Below, in pieces: positions 55,964 to 64,000 of a stretch of 64,000 bases of DNA (positions within the stretch are counted from its first letter, which is position 1; every line of letters begins with the position of its first letter). A model generated the notes under the pieces. It worked only from the letters and a program-made list of their open reading frames with translations. It made no database searches and was not told the DNA's origin. The position numbers and the translations under genes were made by a program. The stretch is taken from NCBI GenBank assembly GCA_963823665.1, contig CAWGMQ010000010.1, positions 1,696,001 through 1,760,000 on the forward strand, written 5' to 3'. The DNA is from an uncultured Planctomycetota bacterium (GTDB lineage: Bacteria; Planctomycetota; Planctomycetia; Isosphaerales; Isosphaeraceae).

Positions 55964-56059
55964 GGCTGACGATCCGCCCGTTGTTTCGGTTTACGGGTTC
56001 GGCCCCGGTTTCTCGCATTGTATTCTGGACGGGCCCTGCGGCCCGCCGCGGAGGCTCCC

Positions 56060-58997
56060 ATGACGGCATCACCACCCGACAACGAAGCAATCTTCCACGC
56101 CGCCCGCGACATCCCCGACCCGGCCCGCCGTCGGGCGTACGTCCGGGAGGCGTGCGGCCCAGACGAACCCCGGATCGCCCACATCGAGGCGCTGCTTGTG
56201 GCCGCCGACGGCCCCGACAGCCTGCTGGACCGTCCGGCGGCGGCCGCCGTCTTGGCGGCCATCGGCCAGCCTGCCACGGAGAGCCCCGGCACGGTGATCG
56301 GCCCGTACAAACTTATCGAGCAGATCGGCGAAGGCGGCATGGGCAGCGTCTGGATGGCCCAGCAGGCCAAGCCTGTCTACCGCCTCGTCGCGGTCAAGCT
56401 AATCAAGGCCGGCATGGACTCCCGGCAGGTCATCGCCCGCTTCGAGGCCGAGCGACAGGCGCTGGCCCTGATGGACCACCCGAACATCGCCCGCGTGCTC
56501 GACGGTGGCACCGCGGGCGGTGGCCGGCCGTACTTCGTCATGGATCTCGTCAAGGGTGTGCCCATCACCCGCTACTGCGACGAGCACCACCTCACGCCGC
56601 GGCAGCGGCTGGAGCTGTTCGTCCCCGTGTGCCAGGCAGTGCAGCACGCGCACCAGAAGGGCATCATCCACCGCGACCTGAAGCCCTCGAACGTGCTGGT
56701 CGCCCTCTATGACGGCAAGCCCGTGCCCAAGATCATCGACTTCGGCGTGGCCAAGGCTGCCGGGCAACAGTTGACCGACAAGACCCTGGTCACCGGCTTC
56801 GGGGCGATCGTGGGCACGCTGGAATACATGTCGCCCGAGCAGGCTGAGTTGAACCAGCTCGACATCGACACGCGCAGCGACATCTACTCGCTGGGCGTGC
56901 TGCTTTACGAATTGCTGGCCGGCAGCCCGCCGTTTTCTCGCAAGGAGCTGACGCACGCCGGCGTGCTGGAGATGCTCCGCGTGATCCGCGAGCAGGAGCC
57001 ATCAAAACCGAGCACGAAACTGAGCACGGCGGACGGCTTGCCGACGTTGGCCGTCAACCGCGGGACGGAACCGGCCAAGCTGACGAAGCTGGTGCGTGGC
57101 GAGCTCGATTGGATCGTCTTGAAGGCCCTGGAAAAGGACCGCAACCGCCGCTACGAGACCGCCAACGGCTTCGCGATGGACGTGCAGCGCTACCTGGCGG
57201 ATGAAGCTGTACAAGCGTGTCCGCCGGGCGGCGGCATACCGGCTGCGGAAGTTTGTGCGGCGGCACAAGGGGCCGGTGCTCGCCGGGTTGTTGATCTTGC
57301 TGGCCTTACTCGCCGGCGTCGTCGGCACGACCTATGGCCTGATTCGGGCGAAACAGCAACGCAAGGTCGTCGAGAATCAACGCAACGAGCTCGCCGAGCG
57401 CAACCAGGCGCTGCAAGCAGCCCGTGAACATGAACGCCTCCTGAGCGAACGTGCCCGCCAGGCCATCGAAACGGTCACGTCCGAAGCGTCCATCGACCTG
57501 CTCATGCGCGAGAAGGAGCTCCGCCCGGAGCAAAAAGACTTCCTGGACAAAATGATCCAGTATTACGCCGAGGTCAGCCAGGACGGGGGCACCACCGAAC
57601 AGGAACGAACCCGGCAGGCGCGAGCCTACTATCGGATGGGGCGCATGAACGACATTCTGGGCCGGTCCCGTGATAGTCAGAACGCTTATCGCCGGGCCGT
57701 GTCGCTTCTACAGCAACTCGCCGACGAGTTCCCCACCAGGACCGAGTACCGGCAGGAACTTGCCCTCGCCCACAGTGCGCTTGGAAACCTGCTCAACCAC
57801 GGCTTCGGGCGGCTGAAGGAGGCGGAGTCGGCCTACCGCGACGCCTTGGCCATCCAGAAGAAGCTCGCGGCCGAGGTCCCCGGCCGGCCCGAGTTCGGGC
57901 AGACCCTGGCCGGGATTTACAACAACCTGGGCAACGTGCTCGTCCTCGACACCGCGCGGTTGAAGGAAGCGGAGTCGGCCCACGCCGAGGCCCTGGCGAT
58001 TCGTCAGCAGCTTATCGTCGCTTTCCCCGGCCGGCCCATACTCCACCGCGCCCTGGCGATGAGCCACAACAATCTTGGCTGGTTATTCCAGATTACCAGG
58101 CGGCCGGAGAAAGCCGAGCCGGCCTTGCGCGATGCGATCGCCGCCCAGAAGCAGGCTGTCGCCAGCTTCCCCGACCGGCCCGAGTTTCGTCTGGAACTGG
58201 CGAGCTACCTCTTCAACCTCGGCAACCTGATCCGCGACAAGGGGCTGCTCAAGGAAGCGGAGGCGATCTATGGCGAGGCGCTGCCGATTGAGAAGCACCT
58301 CGTTGCCATGTTCCCAGGTCGGCCCCAGTTCCACGAGGAGCTGGCCGCGGGCCACAACAACGTGGGCCTTCTGCTCCGGGACAAGGGCCTGCTTGAGGAT
58401 GCAGAGGCTGCGCAGACCGAGGCCCTGGCTATTCAGAAGCGGCTCGCCTCCGAGTTCCCCGAGGTCACCAAATATCGCAACGCGGTCGCCGGCACACTCT
58501 TCAACCTGGCGAACCTGGCCGGCAAGCGTCGCGACTTCGCCGCCGCCCGCCGATTCCTCGACGAGGCGCTCCCCCACCACCAGGCTGCGCTAAAGGGCGA
58601 TTCGCAACGTTCGGACTACCGGCAGTTTTATCGAAACAGCCTGCTTGAGCTGACCCGGACTCATGCCGGCCAGGGGGACCGTCCCGGGGCGCTCGCCGTC
58701 GCAATGAAGGGGCATGATTTCGGTTGGGACCCAGCCGCCGATGCCTACGGGGCCGCTTGCATGTTGGCCCAGTGCATGCCAATTGTCGACAAAGACGACA
58801 AACTCGCTGCGGCAACACGACAAGCCGAAATCGCGTTCTACGCCGACCAGGCGATGGCCATGCTCCGCGATGCCCTCGCCAAGGGCTACAAGGATGCCGA
58901 CCACATGCAGACGGACAAAGACCTCGACCCGCTACGGCCACGCGAGGACTTCAAGACGGTAGTCGCGGAGCTGGAGGCGAAGGTGAAGAAGAACTGA
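56060..58997 (+). CDS. Ser/Thr kinase-TPR protein, array copy K2; frameshift at ~57227
   Basis: Kinase nearly identical to K1. ORF 56018-57427 joins 57201-58997. Carries ~44-aa TPR-like repeats (FP.RPE+..ELA..HNNLG) and the tail AM.MLR.A..KGYKD..HM..D.DLDPLR.REDF. Confidence 0.92.
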
Positions 58998-59002
58998 CAT
59001 CC

Positions 59003-59071
59003 AAGGACTGGGCGTACGCCCGGAGCTGGCTCCGGATGGCGATCGACCGCATGTCCGGCCACCGGCCCTGA
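59003..59071 (+). pseudogene. Duplicated 3' fragment of the ECF sigma gene
   Basis: KDWAYARSWLRMAIDRMSGHRP*, a close copy of 52630-52701 (KDWAYARSWLRVAINRMSSGHQP*). Confidence 0.9.
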
Positions 59072-59162
59072 CCGACCGGGAAGAAAAAATACGTTACGGG
59101 TACGGCCCCGATTCTCGCATTGTATTCTGGACGGGCCTAACCGGCCCGCTGCGGAGTCTCCC

Positions 59163-63189
<4,027 letters not shown>

Positions 63190-63285
63190 GACTGACCATT
63201 CGCCCGCTGAATCGGTTTACCGGTTCGGCCCCGGTTTCTCGCATCAAGTACTGGACGGGCCAGGCCTCCCGCTGCGGAGTTTCGC

Positions 63286-64000
63286 ATGACGGCATCACCA
63301 CCCGACAACGAGGCGATTTTCCACGCCGCGCGCGCCATCCCCGACTCGGACCGCCGAAGGGCGTACGTGCGGGAGGCGTGCGGCGGAGACGAGACCCGGA
63401 TCGCCCACATCGAGGCGCTGCTTGTGGCCGTCGAAGGCCCCGACAGCCTGCTCGACCGTGCGGCGGCGGGTAATCCCATGGTGACCATCGACCGGCCTGC
63501 CACGGAGAGCCCCGGCACCGTGATCGGTCCGTACAAGCTCATTGAGCAAATCGGCGAGGGGGGCATGGGCAGCGTCTGGATGGCCCAGCAGACTGTGCCG
63601 GTCAAGCGATTGGTCGCCGTCAAGTTGATCAAGGCGGGCATGGACTCACGGCAGGTCATCGCCCGCTTCGAGGCCGAGCGGCAGGCGCTGGCGCTTATGG
63701 ACCACCCGAACATCGCCCGCGTGCTGGATGCCGGCACCACAGGCGGTGGCCGGCCGTACTTCGTGATGGATCTCGTCAAGGGGGTGTCGATCACGCGCTA
63801 CTGCGACGAGCACCACCTCACGCCGAGGCAGCGGCTGGAACTCTTTATCCCCGCCTGCCAGGCTGTTCAGCACGCGCATCAGAAGGGCATCATCCACCGT
63901 GACTTGAAACCTTCGAACGTGCTGGTCGCCCTCTATGATGGCAAGCCGGTGCCCAAGATCATCGACTTCGGCGTGGCCAAGGCTGCCGGGCAACAGTTGA
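63286..64000 (+). CDS. Ser/Thr kinase, array copy K4 (partial, runs off the window end)
   Basis: MTASPPDNEAIFHAAR...GEGGMGSVW...HRDLKPSN...DFGVAK, preceded by the same 69-bp leader. Confidence 0.92.
   Translation, partial: MTASPPDNEAIFHAARAIPDSDRRRAYVREACGGDETRIAHIEALLVAVEGPDSLLDRAAAGNPMVTIDRPATESPGTVIGPYKLIEQIGEGGMGSVWMAQQTVPVKRLVAVKLIKAGMDSRQVIARFEAERQALALMDHPNIARVLDAGTTGGGRPYFVMDLVKGVSITRYCDEHHLTPRQRLELFIPACQAVQHAHQKGIIHRDLKPSNVLVALYDGKPVPKIIDFGVAKAAGQQL

Overview
GC-rich bacterial window, almost certainly a planctomycete and probably Isosphaeraceae-like. This is inferred from LExRxxL secretion motifs, a TIGR02999-type ECF sigma factor with Ser/Thr kinase partners, a TIGR03009-like protein and the nfeD-floA pair. 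About 16 otherwise intact genes carry small indels, most likely uncorrected long-read errors, so several CDS below are reconstructed across frameshifts. Layout: (1) 1-22945, all on the minus strand: a large membrane-anchored TPR protein, a ~3800-aa secreted S53 protease/beta-helix protein, a thioredoxin-YHS protein, an nfeD-floA-yqfB-like operon and a TIGR03009-like protein. (2) ~23000-43600, an accessory, conflict-rich stretch: a translationally coupled three-gene operon (DarT-like ADP-ribosyltransferase with an in-frame TAG, an unknown protein, and a KGGVGR ParA-like ATPase-TPR protein), an LRR protein, a small Trp-containing peptide facing a tryptophan halogenase, a Y1/RAYT-type transposase truncating an FGE-sulfatase gene, two RelE-family TA pairs, a SMI1/KNR4 protein, a small methyltransferase-like/thioredoxin-like pair, REP-like repeats and a kinase-TPR gene. 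(3) 43637-52042: blaI/blaR1-like pair, VOC protein, PQQ sugar dehydrogenase and FAD-binding protein. (4) 52123-64000: an ECF sigma factor followed by at least four tandem Ser/Thr kinase genes, each with a near-identical 69-bp leader and kinase module but, in the three complete copies, shuffled or expanded TPR regions. The best candidates for undescribed systems are the ART / unknown / ParA-TPR operon and the diversifying kinase-TPR cassette array. No rRNA, tRNA or CRISPR array was recognised. All family assignments come from motif recognition by eye, not from database searches.
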